NCBI GenBank assembly: GCA_963808235.1
Contig: CAWEEQ010000004.1
Span: 2,720,001 to 2,784,000 of the forward strand
Direction: 5' to 3'
Length of the DNA: 64,000 nt
From: an uncultured delta proteobacterium
GTDB lineage: Bacteria > Desulfobacterota > Binatia > Binatales > Binataceae
Positions 17,031-26,718 of the stretch are shown one piece after another. Position numbers and translations under genes: made by a program. Each line of letters begins with the position of its first letter. Position 1 is the first letter of the stretch. The notes under the pieces were generated by a model that was given only the letters and a program-made list of their open reading frames with translations, did no database searches and was not told the origin of the DNA.

Positions 17031-19955
17031 CTAATTCGACAGGCCCTTGATCTTCACCTTCTTCGGCTTCTTCTGCTTCGGATCATTACTGGTGATCAGG
17101 ATCTGATCGCGGATAGATCCCTTCTTGGTCGGCGAGAAAACAATGGTCACGTTGTGCAAACCACCCGGGCCGATCACGATCCCGCTCCCTCCGCCAAGCT
17201 CCGTCATGGGCGGGCTATGTCTCGGCGCTGTGACATTGGCGGTCAGCGGTCCCGTGCCGATATTGCTAATTGTGATGCTTCCCGACGCGCTTGCGTTTGG
17301 CGCGGCTTTCAAGCTCAAGAGTTTCCCGCTCACCGAGATCTGCCCGGGACCCGTAGCTGTTGCCGTTGCGGTCGGAGTCGGGGTAGCCGTCGCCGTTGCC
17401 GTCGGCGTTGCGGTCGAAGTCGGCGTCGCCGTCGCGGTTGGAGTTGGGGGCGAAACCGTCAGAGGATGATCATACGCCATCACTCGATTGTTCTGGTTGT
17501 CCGCCACGTAGAGACTGCCCGAGCTGTCCAGCGCGACTCCGATTGGGTCTTTCAGGCTGTTGGAGCTGACCTCAGTGCATGCAGACGACGTGAAACTGCC
17601 GCACGTGCCAAAGACCTTGTCGGCGGTCTTGTCGGTGGCACCCGGCGGGCCGCTGTACTCCAGCACCCGGTCGTTGCTGCCATCGGCGATGTAGAGGTTG
17701 CCCGACTGGTCCACGGCAACTCCGGTTGGAAGGCACAGGCTGTTGGCGCCGATTCCGCCGTTATTGCATTTTCTCGCGGTGAAGCTCCCGCCCTGGCCAA
17801 AGACCGCATCCGCGGCGGTGTCGCCGGCGCCGGTTTCGCCGCTGGTCGCATTGAGCGGGGTGTTGTACTGCAACACTCGGCTGTTACCGAAATCCGCCAC
17901 GTAAAGGTTGCCCGACACGTCCAGCGCGACTCCCACTGGAAGGCACAGACTGCTGGCGCCTAGCCCGCCGTTATTGCAACCCCCGCCCTGGCCAAAGACC
18001 AAATCGGCGGTGGAGTCACCGGCTCCACTTTCGCCGCTGCTCGCATTGAGCGGCGTGTTGTACTCCACTACCCGCTGGTTTTCTTCATCGGCCACGTAGA
18101 GGTTTCCCGATCCGTCCAATGCGACCCCAGATGGAAAGCACAGGTCGATGGTGGTGGGTGTGGTGACAATAGGTGGAATGTCGAAATTGCACGCATTCGA
18201 TGTAAAGCTACCGCCCTGCCCAAAGACTTGGCTCGCGCTGGCGCCGATACTCAGCGGGGCGCTGTACTCGAGCACTCGGCTGTTGCTGGAATCGGCCACG
18301 TAGAGGTTGCCCAACCCATCCACCGCGACCCCCTCCGGAAAGCACAGGCTGCTGGCGCTGACCGCTGTGCCACTGGCGCCGTTGCAAAAATAGGAGATGA
18401 AATCGGGCTGCCCAATCACCAGGTCGGCAGGCGCGCCGTTGGTGAACGAGGCAGCATCGTTCCAGCCCAAGACTCGGCTGTTGGAGTAGTCCGCGACATA
18501 GACTCGATTCGGCGAGACGCTGGTATCAATCGCCACTGCCCTGGGACCGAACAGCCCTTGCGCGTCGGTCAAGTTTTCAAACTGATGGGTGAAATCCAGC
18601 TGGCCAAGCACCAGGTCGGCAGTCGTGTCGGTGGACAGCGGAGTCTTGTACTCCAGCACCCGGCTGTTGGTAGCGTCCGCCACGAAAAGATTGCCTGACT
18701 TGTCCGGCGCAACTCCGACCGGGACGCATAAGTCGTCGGCCGTGCTGCCAGACACGTCGCTGCCGGGAAGCTCAATGTCGAAATTGCATATATTAGAGGT
18801 GAAGTCTCCGCCCTGGCCAAAGACTGCATCGGCGACGGTGTCAGTGGTCAGCGGGGTGTTGTACTCCAGCACCCGGCTGTTGCTCGCATCCGCAACGTAG
18901 AGGTTGCCCGACTCATCCACTGCGAGACCCGCCGGATCGCACAGGTCGCTGGCGGTGGAAGTGGTACCGCCGGTGTCGCCATTGCATGCATCCGAGGTGA
19001 AGCTTCCGCCCTGGCCGAAGACCTTATTGGCACTGCTCGCGGTGCTGAACGGAGCGTTGTACTCGAGCACTCGCTCATTGACGGAATCCACCACGTACAA
19101 GTTGCCCGACCCGTCCACCGCGACTCCGGTTGGATCGCACAAGTCCTTGGCGGTGGGATTACCTCCCGCTGTGTCGGAATTGCATCCGCTCGAAGTGAAG
19201 TCTCCACCCTGACCAAAGACAGTATCGGCAATGGTGTCGGTGCTTAGCGGAGTGTCGTACTGCAATACCCGGTCGTTGGAAGAATCCGCCACGAAAAGGT
19301 TGCCCGACTTATCCACTGCGACTCCGGTTGGATCGCACAAGTCGATGGCGGTGGAATCGCTGCCGCCGGTGTCGCTATCGCATCCCGCCGACGTGAAACT
19401 CCCGTCCTGTCCAAAAACCAGGTGCGCCGGACCTCCCACGCACGGGAAAGTGTTGCTGCAGGCCAAAAACGGATTGGTATACTCCAGCACTCGGCCGTTA
19501 CCTAAATCCGCGACGTAGAGGTTGCCCGACCCGTCCACCGCGACTCCAGTTGGAGTGCAGAGGCTGAGGGCGCTGGCATCGCCGCACTCGGAGGAGATGA
19601 AATCGGGCTGCCCGATCACCAAGTCGGCAGGAGCGCCGTTGCTGAAATTGGCGGCGTCTTTCCATCCCAGCACCCGGTTGTTTTCGGCATCCGCAACGTA
19701 AACTCGGGTTGGCAAGGCGCTCGCGTCGATCGCGACAGCATCAGGACTGAAAAAACCCTTGGCGTCCACCAGGTTGGCCGCCCGATGCGTGAAGTCGAAC
19801 TGCCCCAGCACTCGGTCAGCGGTACTGCCGCTTGCGAGCACTATCGGCGCAGACAGCGCGATCGCGATCACAATTCGGCACGTCTGCAGATACCATTTTC
19901 GCAGGCGTCCAGATTGCGAATTTATCACTCGTCCTCCAGCGATTTCGCGCAACAA
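17031..19955 (-). CDS. Large exported NHL-repeat protein with PT linker and C-terminal Ig-like (ASH/choice-of-anchor-D-like) domain
   Basis: 12 copies of P.GVA.D.SGNLYVAD..N.RVL.Y, a hydrophobic N-terminal segment, and a C-terminus with TISNIGTGPL...VFSP...ITSNDP. Start uncertain. Confidence 0.85.
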   Translation of the reverse strand: MLREIAGGRVINSQSGRLRKWYLQTCRIVIAIALSAPIVLASGSTADRVLGQFDFTHRAANLVDAKGFFSPDAVAIDASALPTRVYVADAENNRVLGWKDAANFSNGAPADLVIGQPDFISSECGDASALSLCTPTGVAVDGSGNLYVADLGNGRVLEYTNPFLACSNTFPCVGGPAHLVFGQDGSFTSAGCDSDTGGSDSTAIDLCDPTGVAVDKSGNLFVADSSNDRVLQYDTPLSTDTIADTVFGQGGDFTSSGCNSDTAGGNPTAKDLCDPTGVAVDGSGNLYVVDSVNERVLEYNAPFSTASSANKVFGQGGSFTSDACNGDTGGTTSTASDLCDPAGLAVDESGNLYVADASNSRVLEYNTPLTTDTVADAVFGQGGDFTSNICNFDIELPGSDVSGSTADDLCVPVGVAPDKSGNLFVADATNSRVLEYKTPLSTDTTADLVLGQLDFTHQFENLTDAQGLFGPRAVAIDTSVSPNRVYVADYSNSRVLGWNDAASFTNGAPADLVIGQPDFISYFCNGASGTAVSASSLCFPEGVAVDGLGNLYVADSSNSRVLEYSAPLSIGASASQVFGQGGSFTSNACNFDIPPIVTTPTTIDLCFPSGVALDGSGNLYVADEENQRVVEYNTPLNASSGESGAGDSTADLVFGQGGGCNNGGLGASSLCLPVGVALDVSGNLYVADFGNSRVLQYNTPLNATSGETGAGDTAADAVFGQGGSFTARKCNNGGIGANSLCLPTGVAVDQSGNLYIADGSNDRVLEYSGPPGATDKTADKVFGTCGSFTSSACTEVSSNSLKDPIGVALDSSGSLYVADNQNNRVMAYDHPLTVSPPTPTATATPTSTATPTATATATPTPTATATATGPGQISVSGKLLSLKAAPNASASGSITISNIGTGPLTANVTAPRHSPPMTELGGGSGIVIGPGGLHNVTIVFSPTKKGSIRDQILITSNDPKQKKPKKVKIKGLSN
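17352..17452 (-). repeat. Low-complexity (PT/AT)n linker-coding repeat
   Basis: Encodes PPTPTATATPTSTATPTATATATPTPTATATAT. Confidence 0.8.
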
Positions 19956-20175
19956 CCCAAGTCCCCCTCGGGTGGGCGGAGTAGCAACATATAACGCGGA
20001 GACAGGTCAAGCCAGATGATTCTTTCAGGCCACCGGCGAGTGGAAATGGTTCTTGCGTGCGGCACATTTTTGCCGCCTCGATGACCGATTCCCGCCTTTG
20101 GGCATCAGCCGCTGGATCTGACGGGTCACGGCGATCGTCGAGGAGTGCCTCGTCCGGCTCTGCCGCGGCACATGG

Positions 20176-20362
20176 AATGTTCAAGAACCTGCCCTACCAG
20201 CTTGAAGTCGCCGAGAACGGCCTTCTCGCTATCGATAAGTTCAAGGCCTCGCCGCACGACCTCGTGCTGATGGACGTGCGGATGCCAGAGATGGATGGGC
20301 TGACTGCGACCCGCGCGCTACGCGTTTGGGAGCACGAGCGCGGACTTGCCCGCACCCCGGTT
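20176..20362 (+). pseudogene. Internal fragment of a response-regulator receiver domain
   Basis: EVAENGLLAIDKFKASPHDLVLMDVRMPEMDGLTATRALR...TPV. Lacks the N-terminal acidic pocket and the C-terminal T/K-P motifs. Confidence 0.7.
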
Positions 20363-20675
20363 GGAATCCAGCTACCAGTCACCAATGTCGCCGAGAAAAA
20401 CCAGCAGGTCGCGGTGATGGGATCCTTCATAATTTTTTTGGACCAGATGAGTCCGCGCTTCGGCTGGTCGCCGTTTTAGCTTCAACGCAAGCTTCCACAG
20501 TTGCCGCGAAATACATGCCGGCTGGATGGATCATTCGCGCTCGTAGTGGTTTACATAGATCCGAACACTCATTATTCTCACCTGCCGAACAACCGGTAGG
20601 CTGCTGAAATGAGGTGGTGGAAGGGGAACGACAGGCTCACTTTGCGCCTTCGAGGAATCTCGTTAAAACGCAAAC

Positions 20676-21332
20676 ATGCCAAAACGACTGCGGAAAACCA
20701 AACTGAAAGTCGTGCGCAGCAGACGCACGAGTCACGCCATCTCCGATACTTATGACCAGATTCTCGCCGTCGCCGAGCAAGAGTTCGCCAACTCGGGGTA
20801 CAACGGCACCTCGCTCGAGGTGATCGCGCGCCGCACCGGCATCCGCAAGGCGTCGCTGTTTCATCACTTCAACAGCAAGCGCAAGATTTTCGACGCGGTC
20901 GTCCGCCGGATTTTCGATCAGCTCGTCTCCATCGGGCGCGAGACCGCTCAAATCGAGAATCCGAGAGAGCACCTGCTCGCGATCGTCGCCCGCCTGCACG
21001 ATTTCATCGCGAGCCATCCGAACCACGCGCGCCTGTTGATGCATCGGGTGCTTGAAGACCCCGCCAGCGTGCGCCGATCATCCGAGGTGTTCATCAAGCC
21101 GCTGGTTATCGAGATGGCGCAACTGGTCGTCCGCGGCGCCGAGATGGGAGTCATCCGCAACAGCGACGGTCCGATAAGTCTGACCCTTACCGCGCTTGCG
21201 ATACCGATCCTTCCGTACTCTTTTGCGCCGGTGGTCGAAGCCTGCACCGGCATCGAGGTGTTCTCGCCCGACAGTATCGCGATCATACGAAGTCAAGTGT
21301 TGCGCCGGATGGAGATACTCCTCAGTCCGTAG
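20676..21332 (+). CDS. TetR/AcrR-family transcriptional regulator
   Basis: HTH region ILAVAEQEFANSGYNGTSLEVIARRTGIRKASLFHHFNSK. Confidence 0.93.
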   Translation: MPKRLRKTKLKVVRSRRTSHAISDTYDQILAVAEQEFANSGYNGTSLEVIARRTGIRKASLFHHFNSKRKIFDAVVRRIFDQLVSIGRETAQIENPREHLLAIVARLHDFIASHPNHARLLMHRVLEDPASVRRSSEVFIKPLVIEMAQLVVRGAEMGVIRNSDGPISLTLTALAIPILPYSFAPVVEACTGIEVFSPDSIAIIRSQVLRRMEILLSP

Positions 21333-21423
21333 CTGGACAGTCAGGGTCGCGTGCGGCGGAGGCGGACTCGCAATCAAGTTGCGCCCCGCAGCCAACTCCC
21401 GGCAGCTGCGTTTTGCGCTTCGT

Positions 21424-21478
21424 TTGACTTTCGCTGCAACCGGAATTATTGTCCCTCGCCGAAACTACCGGTCGGTAG
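21424..21478 (+). promoter_or_regulatory. Putative sigma70 promoter with a downstream palindromic operator
   Basis: TTGACT (21424)-17 nt-TATTGT (21447), then the palindrome CTACCG-GT-CGGTAG at 21465-21478. Confidence 0.55.
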
Positions 21479-21592
21479 GTAGGACTTCCGGTGGTTTCGA
21501 CAATCCAGCCTTCGACAAGCACTGAATCTGAGAGGTCGAAACTGTCAGGAAAGTCAAAGTTCGGTATCCACGGTTAGCTTAGGGAGGGACGT

Positions 21593-22798
21593 ATGAAAAG
21601 GCAGCTTCTGTTCCTAGTCGTGTCTTGCGGCCTGGCATTGATGACGGCGCCCAACGCGAGTGCGGCCAAGCCGGCCAAGGCACCTGGCTTTTGCGGAAAC
21701 AACTACGCGATGCTGATGACGGGAGACGAACCCAACCCCAATTCCGCCACCGGATCGGGGAACACGGACGGGCCAGGCGGATTTCCCGGAGCGCTCACCG
21801 CCATCGTTGGCGTTGGAGTCATCCAGTTCTCTGCGGGTTGTACTTCAATCAAGGGAGAATTGATCTACAACGACGGCGACATCCAATTCACCGGGAACGG
21901 AACCGGGGTCGGCTTCTTTGCCGGCCCGGCGGCCTGCTACACGGCAGAATCGATATTGGGCGGCGTCGGTTTGCCGTGCTTCGACGGCGGCAACCACTTC
22001 ACCGCCGGAAGTGTCACAACCGCGGGAGAGCCGCCCGGGATGGCGCTGCTGCAATTCACCGCCAACTTCAACTACTTCAACTTGAGCGTCGGCAGCCCAG
22101 CGGGCAGCTTGCCCTTCGCATTCACAATTCATGAGACGACCGGCGACTCCATCCTGGTTGGGAATACGGTTCCGACACCGACTGCACCGGTTCTGACTTT
22201 GACGATGGAGGAGCAGTCGCCGATTGGATCGTTGAACCCGGTCCCCACCACGCTTGGCAAGGTTCCGTACCTGGGCAATTCAGCAATCACTTGCACTGGT
22301 TACGGTGCCGACGATGACGACCTGATCGCCCGGATCGCCAATTCGCAGTCTGGAGGAGTCACGGGAAGCTACGGCACCGCGGTGGGAACGGTGGATATCC
22401 TGTCGAACGGCCAGGCCAACGGAATCTTGAGCTTCAACAGCAATGATAACCTCCAGGTCAGCGGGTTCACGGGACCTCCGTCCAACAACACGGCCTGCGC
22501 ATTCTCGGAGACCCTTGATCCTTTCGATGGACCAGCCGCATTTGCAGACGGCACGAGCAATCTTTTGAGCACCATCACCAGTCCTGCCAGCGATCCGACC
22601 TGCACCAACGCCGCGAACGCTGGTGGCGGATTCACAACCAGCGAGGTGGCGTGGGGCCCGTTCGATAGTAACTCCTATGCGACGGTGACCGGTCTTACTG
22701 AAACGGTTTTCCCATTCATTCCGCCGGGCGAGATGTCAACTTGCACCCATCTCGCTGATTCAGCACAACCCAACGGGAACCATGGAAATGGTAAGTAA
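21593..22798 (+). CDS. Exported hypothetical protein, Gly/Thr/Asn-rich with several Cys
   Basis: Strong RBS (AGGGAGGG) and Sec signal peptide ending ASA. No domain recognised. Confidence 0.75.
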   Translation: MKRQLLFLVVSCGLALMTAPNASAAKPAKAPGFCGNNYAMLMTGDEPNPNSATGSGNTDGPGGFPGALTAIVGVGVIQFSAGCTSIKGELIYNDGDIQFTGNGTGVGFFAGPAACYTAESILGGVGLPCFDGGNHFTAGSVTTAGEPPGMALLQFTANFNYFNLSVGSPAGSLPFAFTIHETTGDSILVGNTVPTPTAPVLTLTMEEQSPIGSLNPVPTTLGKVPYLGNSAITCTGYGADDDDLIARIANSQSGGVTGSYGTAVGTVDILSNGQANGILSFNSNDNLQVSGFTGPPSNNTACAFSETLDPFDGPAAFADGTSNLLSTITSPASDPTCTNAANAGGGFTTSEVAWGPFDSNSYATVTGLTETVFPFIPPGEMSTCTHLADSAQPNGNHGNGK

Positions 22799-23094
22799 CA
22801 CCCATCCAGTTGGCTGCGGCTAACCTCCACACTCGCCACCGTCACCCTAACCGGTGACGGCGGCCGAGCCGGGGAAAAATTGCGCAATCAGCGCACTCTC
22901 CAGGTCGCATCGCGAGCGTAGTGCTGCGACGGTGGCCGGCTCGCGCCTCTGACATGCGAATTTCCAGCCTTCACGCTTGCTCTCACGCGGGCATAGCGAG
23001 TCTTCAGGAAGAGTCATTATCGCTGGCGGCGGCCTGTGGTACATTGCGCCCACGACCGCGATTGGCTCAGGTCGCTCCGGAGGGACTCCAAGAA

Positions 23095-23928
23095 ATGAAT
23101 TTCCTGCTCTATTGTGGAGCGGCCACCCAAATCATATTCGTGATTGTAGCGTTCGGCGGCGGCAGCGTGGCGGGTCTCTGCGTCGTAAGAAAACTGGTCC
23201 CGCTGGACCGGCTGCAAAAGAACCACGAAGTAGCGGGCGTGACGTTCGGAGTGTTGGGCGCCTTCTACGGCCTGGTCCTTGCCTTCGTTATTGTGGCCGC
23301 GTGGGAGCGGTTCAATCAGGCTAATACCGACGCGCTCCAGGAGGCGACGGCGTTGGAAAGCCTCTACAAACTCGGCGCGGCCTTTCCCGACCCGATGCGC
23401 TCGCAGCTAGATTCGGTCGTCCTTCAGTACGCGCATCGAGTGATCGACGAGGAATGGCCGCGGATGGCCGACAACACTTTTAATGGCGGAAAAGTCGGCG
23501 CTCACGAGCTGTGGGCGACGGTGCTCGGATATCACACTGCCGACAGCCGCGAGCAAATGCTGCTCGACAAGTCGATCGATGAGCTCGACCGCATCAGTGC
23601 GGCCCGCAGCCAGCGGTTTCTCTTTTACGAAGACGATCTGCCATCGGTAGTGTGGATGGTGATCTACCTCGGATGCCTGATGACGATCGGTTTCAGCTAC
23701 TTCTTCGGCAGCAACGTATTTCGCGCGCAGGTGATGATGTGCGGGTTCTTTTCGATCCTGCTCGGCATGACGATTCTGGCCATTCTGGAACTAGCCCACC
23801 CGTACCAGGGAGTAGTAACAATCTCCAACCAACCCTTCCGCTACGCGCTCTCGCGAATGGAAGCGGCTGGCAGCTACAGGATGGCGCAAGCTGTCTCGCC
23901 GACGAATAACGAAGGTCCAGGTAAATGA
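23095..23928 (+). CDS. DUF4239-like membrane protein
   Basis: FGVLGAFYGLVLAFVIVAAWE, EATALESL, VIDEEWPRM and LELAHPYQG. Confidence 0.8.
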   Translation: MNFLLYCGAATQIIFVIVAFGGGSVAGLCVVRKLVPLDRLQKNHEVAGVTFGVLGAFYGLVLAFVIVAAWERFNQANTDALQEATALESLYKLGAAFPDPMRSQLDSVVLQYAHRVIDEEWPRMADNTFNGGKVGAHELWATVLGYHTADSREQMLLDKSIDELDRISAARSQRFLFYEDDLPSVVWMVIYLGCLMTIGFSYFFGSNVFRAQVMMCGFFSILLGMTILAILELAHPYQGVVTISNQPFRYALSRMEAAGSYRMAQAVSPTNNEGPGK

Positions 23929-24746
23929 GGCGTCAAGCCAGATCTCTGTTGCTTGCCCTGCTCACTCTATCGATAGTTGCGATCTCTATCTCGCCGCCCG
24001 CGACAGCGGTTCAGGATGACGCCGCGCTTCGGGCGGCGATCGCCGGCGCGCAGCGTTCCGACGCAAACAAGGCTCGCGACAAATATCGCCATCCCATGGA
24101 AACACTCACCTTCTTTGGGATTAAGCCTGACATGAAGGTGGTCGAAATCGCACCCGGTGCCGGCTGGTACACCGAGATCCTGGCGCCGTTTCTCAAGGAC
24201 CACGGCAAACTTTACGAAGTAGTGGGAAAGGGAGCGGGCGCCAAGAGCTTCGAGGAAAAGCTCAAGGCCGATCCCTCGGTCTACGGCCAGATCGTCGTAG
24301 TCAGCGCACAGCCGCCGGCTGAAACCGAAATGGTGCCGGCAGGTTCAGCCGACATGGTTCTGACGTTTCGCAATGTTCACGACTGGCTGCCCAAGGGCAC
24401 CGCGGAAGACTACTTCAAGGCTTTTTACCGAGCACTGAAACCCGGCGGAATTTTAGGAGTAACCGACCATCGCGCCGATCCTTCGCAGCCGCAGGATCCA
24501 AACGCCAAGAACGGATATGTGCGCCAGGACTATATGATCAAACTGGCGGAGGAGGCCGGCTTCAAGTTGGCGGGCGCCTCGGAGATCAATGCAAATCCGA
24601 AGGACAATCGAGACCATCCGGTGTGGAATCTGCCGCCAACCTTGCGTCAGGGAGATAAGGATCGCGCCAAGTATCTGGCGATCGGAGAGAGCGACCGGAT
24701 GACATTGAAATTCATCAAGCCAGCGACAGAGGCTCGAGCAAACTAA
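23925..24746 (+). CDS. Exported class I SAM-dependent methyltransferase (COG4798-like)
   Basis: Signal peptide, RDKYRHPMETLTFFG, EIAPGAGWYT, LTFRNVHDW and IGESDRMTLKF. Confidence 0.88.
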   Translation: MRRQARSLLLALLTLSIVAISISPPATAVQDDAALRAAIAGAQRSDANKARDKYRHPMETLTFFGIKPDMKVVEIAPGAGWYTEILAPFLKDHGKLYEVVGKGAGAKSFEEKLKADPSVYGQIVVVSAQPPAETEMVPAGSADMVLTFRNVHDWLPKGTAEDYFKAFYRALKPGGILGVTDHRADPSQPQDPNAKNGYVRQDYMIKLAEEAGFKLAGASEINANPKDNRDHPVWNLPPTLRQGDKDRAKYLAIGESDRMTLKFIKPATEARAN

Positions 24747-24790
24747 TCTGCCGCGTTTCGTTCGAAGTAAGTTATGATACCGCTTCTGCC

Positions 24791-25588
24791 ATGAGATCGA
24801 TCCGCGCGTATGCCATTACCTTTGCATTGATCTTGATCGCGTCGCTTGCGCTCGGTGCTGATACTGGGAACTTGAAGCTTGACGTGCTCGGCGACAAGGG
24901 CGCCGGCGCGAAGAATCCCGCACACCTAATCGCCGCGAATGGCAAGGAAGCTGGCCAGGTTATTGCGGGCGCGACAGTTGCGCTGCCGCCCGGCGAGTAC
25001 AAACTCGTGATGCCGATTGTCGGCGGGCAGATTGTCAAAGATGGAATTCGAATCGAGGCTGGGCGGACGCATACCGTGCTGATCGAAAACGTCGCGTCCT
25101 TGCGCGTGAGCGTAAAAGATAAAACTGGCGCCGAGCCTGGCTTTGGCGTGACGGTGACTACCACCGACTCGCCACATGCCAAGGTTGCCAGCTTTCTTTC
25201 CGGCGACACCTATCTTTTCGCGCCGAGCCAGGTAGACGTGCACGTGGACGCTCCGCCGCAGGGTTACGATTGGCACGCGGTGACGCTCACGCCGGGGCAT
25301 AGCGCGGTGCTGACGATGGACGAAGTCGTGCCGGCGGAGCTGGTCGTGCAGACCGTGATGTCGAAGCTTCCGTTCGACAACTCGACTCGGGTAGTCATCT
25401 TGCACGGCGGCACACAGACGAAAGTCGCGGAGAGCGATCCGGGGAGCGAGCATCGGTTCAAACTCGATCCGGGCGACTACGATGTTTACGTGGAGAATCA
25501 TTCCGGCAAGGGCAAGCCGTACGCGACCTCGGCGGGAGTGCATCTTGAGTCCGGCGCGAAGGTGGAACGGACCGTGCCGCTGGACTAA
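24791..25588 (+). CDS. Exported hypothetical protein with beta-sandwich repeats
   Basis: Signal peptide and repeated LPPGEY/LDPGDYDV motifs. Confidence 0.7.
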   Translation: MRSIRAYAITFALILIASLALGADTGNLKLDVLGDKGAGAKNPAHLIAANGKEAGQVIAGATVALPPGEYKLVMPIVGGQIVKDGIRIEAGRTHTVLIENVASLRVSVKDKTGAEPGFGVTVTTTDSPHAKVASFLSGDTYLFAPSQVDVHVDAPPQGYDWHAVTLTPGHSAVLTMDEVVPAELVVQTVMSKLPFDNSTRVVILHGGTQTKVAESDPGSEHRFKLDPGDYDVYVENHSGKGKPYATSAGVHLESGAKVERTVPLD

Positions 25589-25624
25589 TAAGACTAGACA
25601 TCGACGAGAACAAAGAGAGGACCA

Positions 25625-25747
25625 ATGGCAAGCGAACGACAAAAAGAAATCAAGCGGCGGCGCAAACGGAAGAAATCGAGAATCCAGGCGAAGACTCGCG
25701 AGGCTCGGCGAAAGACCAGGAAAGGCGGCCGCAAATCCGCGTCTTGA
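25625..25747 (+). CDS. 40-aa highly basic small protein
   Basis: MASERQKEIKRRRKRKKSRIQAKTREARRKTRKGGRKSAS*. RBS AGAGAGG upstream, and it fills the intergenic gap exactly. Confidence 0.7.
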   Translation: MASERQKEIKRRRKRKKSRIQAKTREARRKTRKGGRKSAS

Positions 25748-25755
25748 GGTCAGCG

Positions 25756-26571
25756 ATGGCTTACGAAACTATTCTCTACGAGGTCGCCGACGAAATCGCG
25801 ACGATCACGCTTAATCGTCCCGCCAAGATGAACGCGTACACGTCGACGATGGGCGCGGAGATTACCGACGCGATGATTCGCGCCGACAGGGACGATGAAG
25901 CGCGCGTTATAATCCTGACGGGTGCAGGCGATCGCGCCTTCTGCGCCGGCGCCGACATGTCGATGTTCGCGTCCGATATCAAGGCGCGCGAAGAAAAGTC
26001 GGACGGCAAATCGGATTCGCACGAACGGCGGCCGCCCGGCATTTCGCTCCCGCAAGTGATGCGCAATCTCTCCAAGCCCACGATTGCAGCGATCAACGGC
26101 TACGCGCTCGGCGTGGGATGCACGATCCCGCTGCTGCTCGACGTGCGAATCGCGTCGGAGAACGCCAAGATGGGCGTGATTTTTCCCCGCGTCGGCCTGA
26201 TGAGCGAGCTCGGCTCGAGTTACCTGATGCCCCGGCTGATAGGCCTCGCGCGAACCGCCGAGATGATGCTCACCGGGCGCCAGTATCCGGCGGCGGAATG
26301 CCTCGCGATGGGACTCGTGAGCCGCGTGGTTCCATTCAAGGATCTCGCGGCGACCGCGCGTGAACTCGCCGGCGACATGCTGCAATGCTCGCCGACTTCG
26401 CTCGCGTTCACCCGCCGCGCCCTTTACCAGGGACTCGACGGCACGCTCGAGACCGCGATGGCGTTCGAGGGATTTGCGCTCGAGAAGTGCTACGTCAGCC
26501 CGGAGCACAAGGAATACGTGACGGCGTTTATGGAGAAGCGAAAGCCTGATTTCAAGAAGGTCAAGCGGTAG
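25756..26571 (+). CDS. Enoyl-CoA hydratase/isomerase family protein
   Basis: ITLNRPAKMNA, AFCAGADM and KPTIAAINGYALGVG. Confidence 0.92.
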   Translation: MAYETILYEVADEIATITLNRPAKMNAYTSTMGAEITDAMIRADRDDEARVIILTGAGDRAFCAGADMSMFASDIKAREEKSDGKSDSHERRPPGISLPQVMRNLSKPTIAAINGYALGVGCTIPLLLDVRIASENAKMGVIFPRVGLMSELGSSYLMPRLIGLARTAEMMLTGRQYPAAECLAMGLVSRVVPFKDLAATARELAGDMLQCSPTSLAFTRRALYQGLDGTLETAMAFEGFALEKCYVSPEHKEYVTAFMEKRKPDFKKVKR

Positions 26572-26718
26572 GCCTTGATAAGACATCTTGACCAAATATG
26601 CGCGGAAAGCTAGGGTTTCTGAGTAGATAACTTAGTGAGTATCTTTTATCATATAACCGCATCCGGAAGTTCACGAGTGCGCGAACTGAATTAAAAAATC
26701 AAGAGGCAGGTGACGAAT

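Noticed and set aside
19309-19320. DnaA-box-like TTATCCACT
   Set aside because: A single imperfect copy inside a coding sequence.
17460-19820. CRISPR-like or DGR-like repeated DNA
   Set aside because: The repeats are degenerate, codon-phased NHL protein repeats, and there are no cas or reverse-transcriptase genes in the window.
21455-21590. c-di-GMP-I riboswitch in the leader of the secreted protein
   Set aside because: It contains GGTAGGTAG but lacks the GCAAA/GNRA P2 signature.
22835-22864. Hairpin after the secreted protein gene as an intrinsic terminator or ncRNA
   Set aside because: The stem is strong but has no following U-tract and no other support.
26586-26612. Rrf2/IscR-like box upstream of the peroxiredoxin gene
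   Set aside because: Only one half-site resembles the motif, and it may simply be a -35 element.
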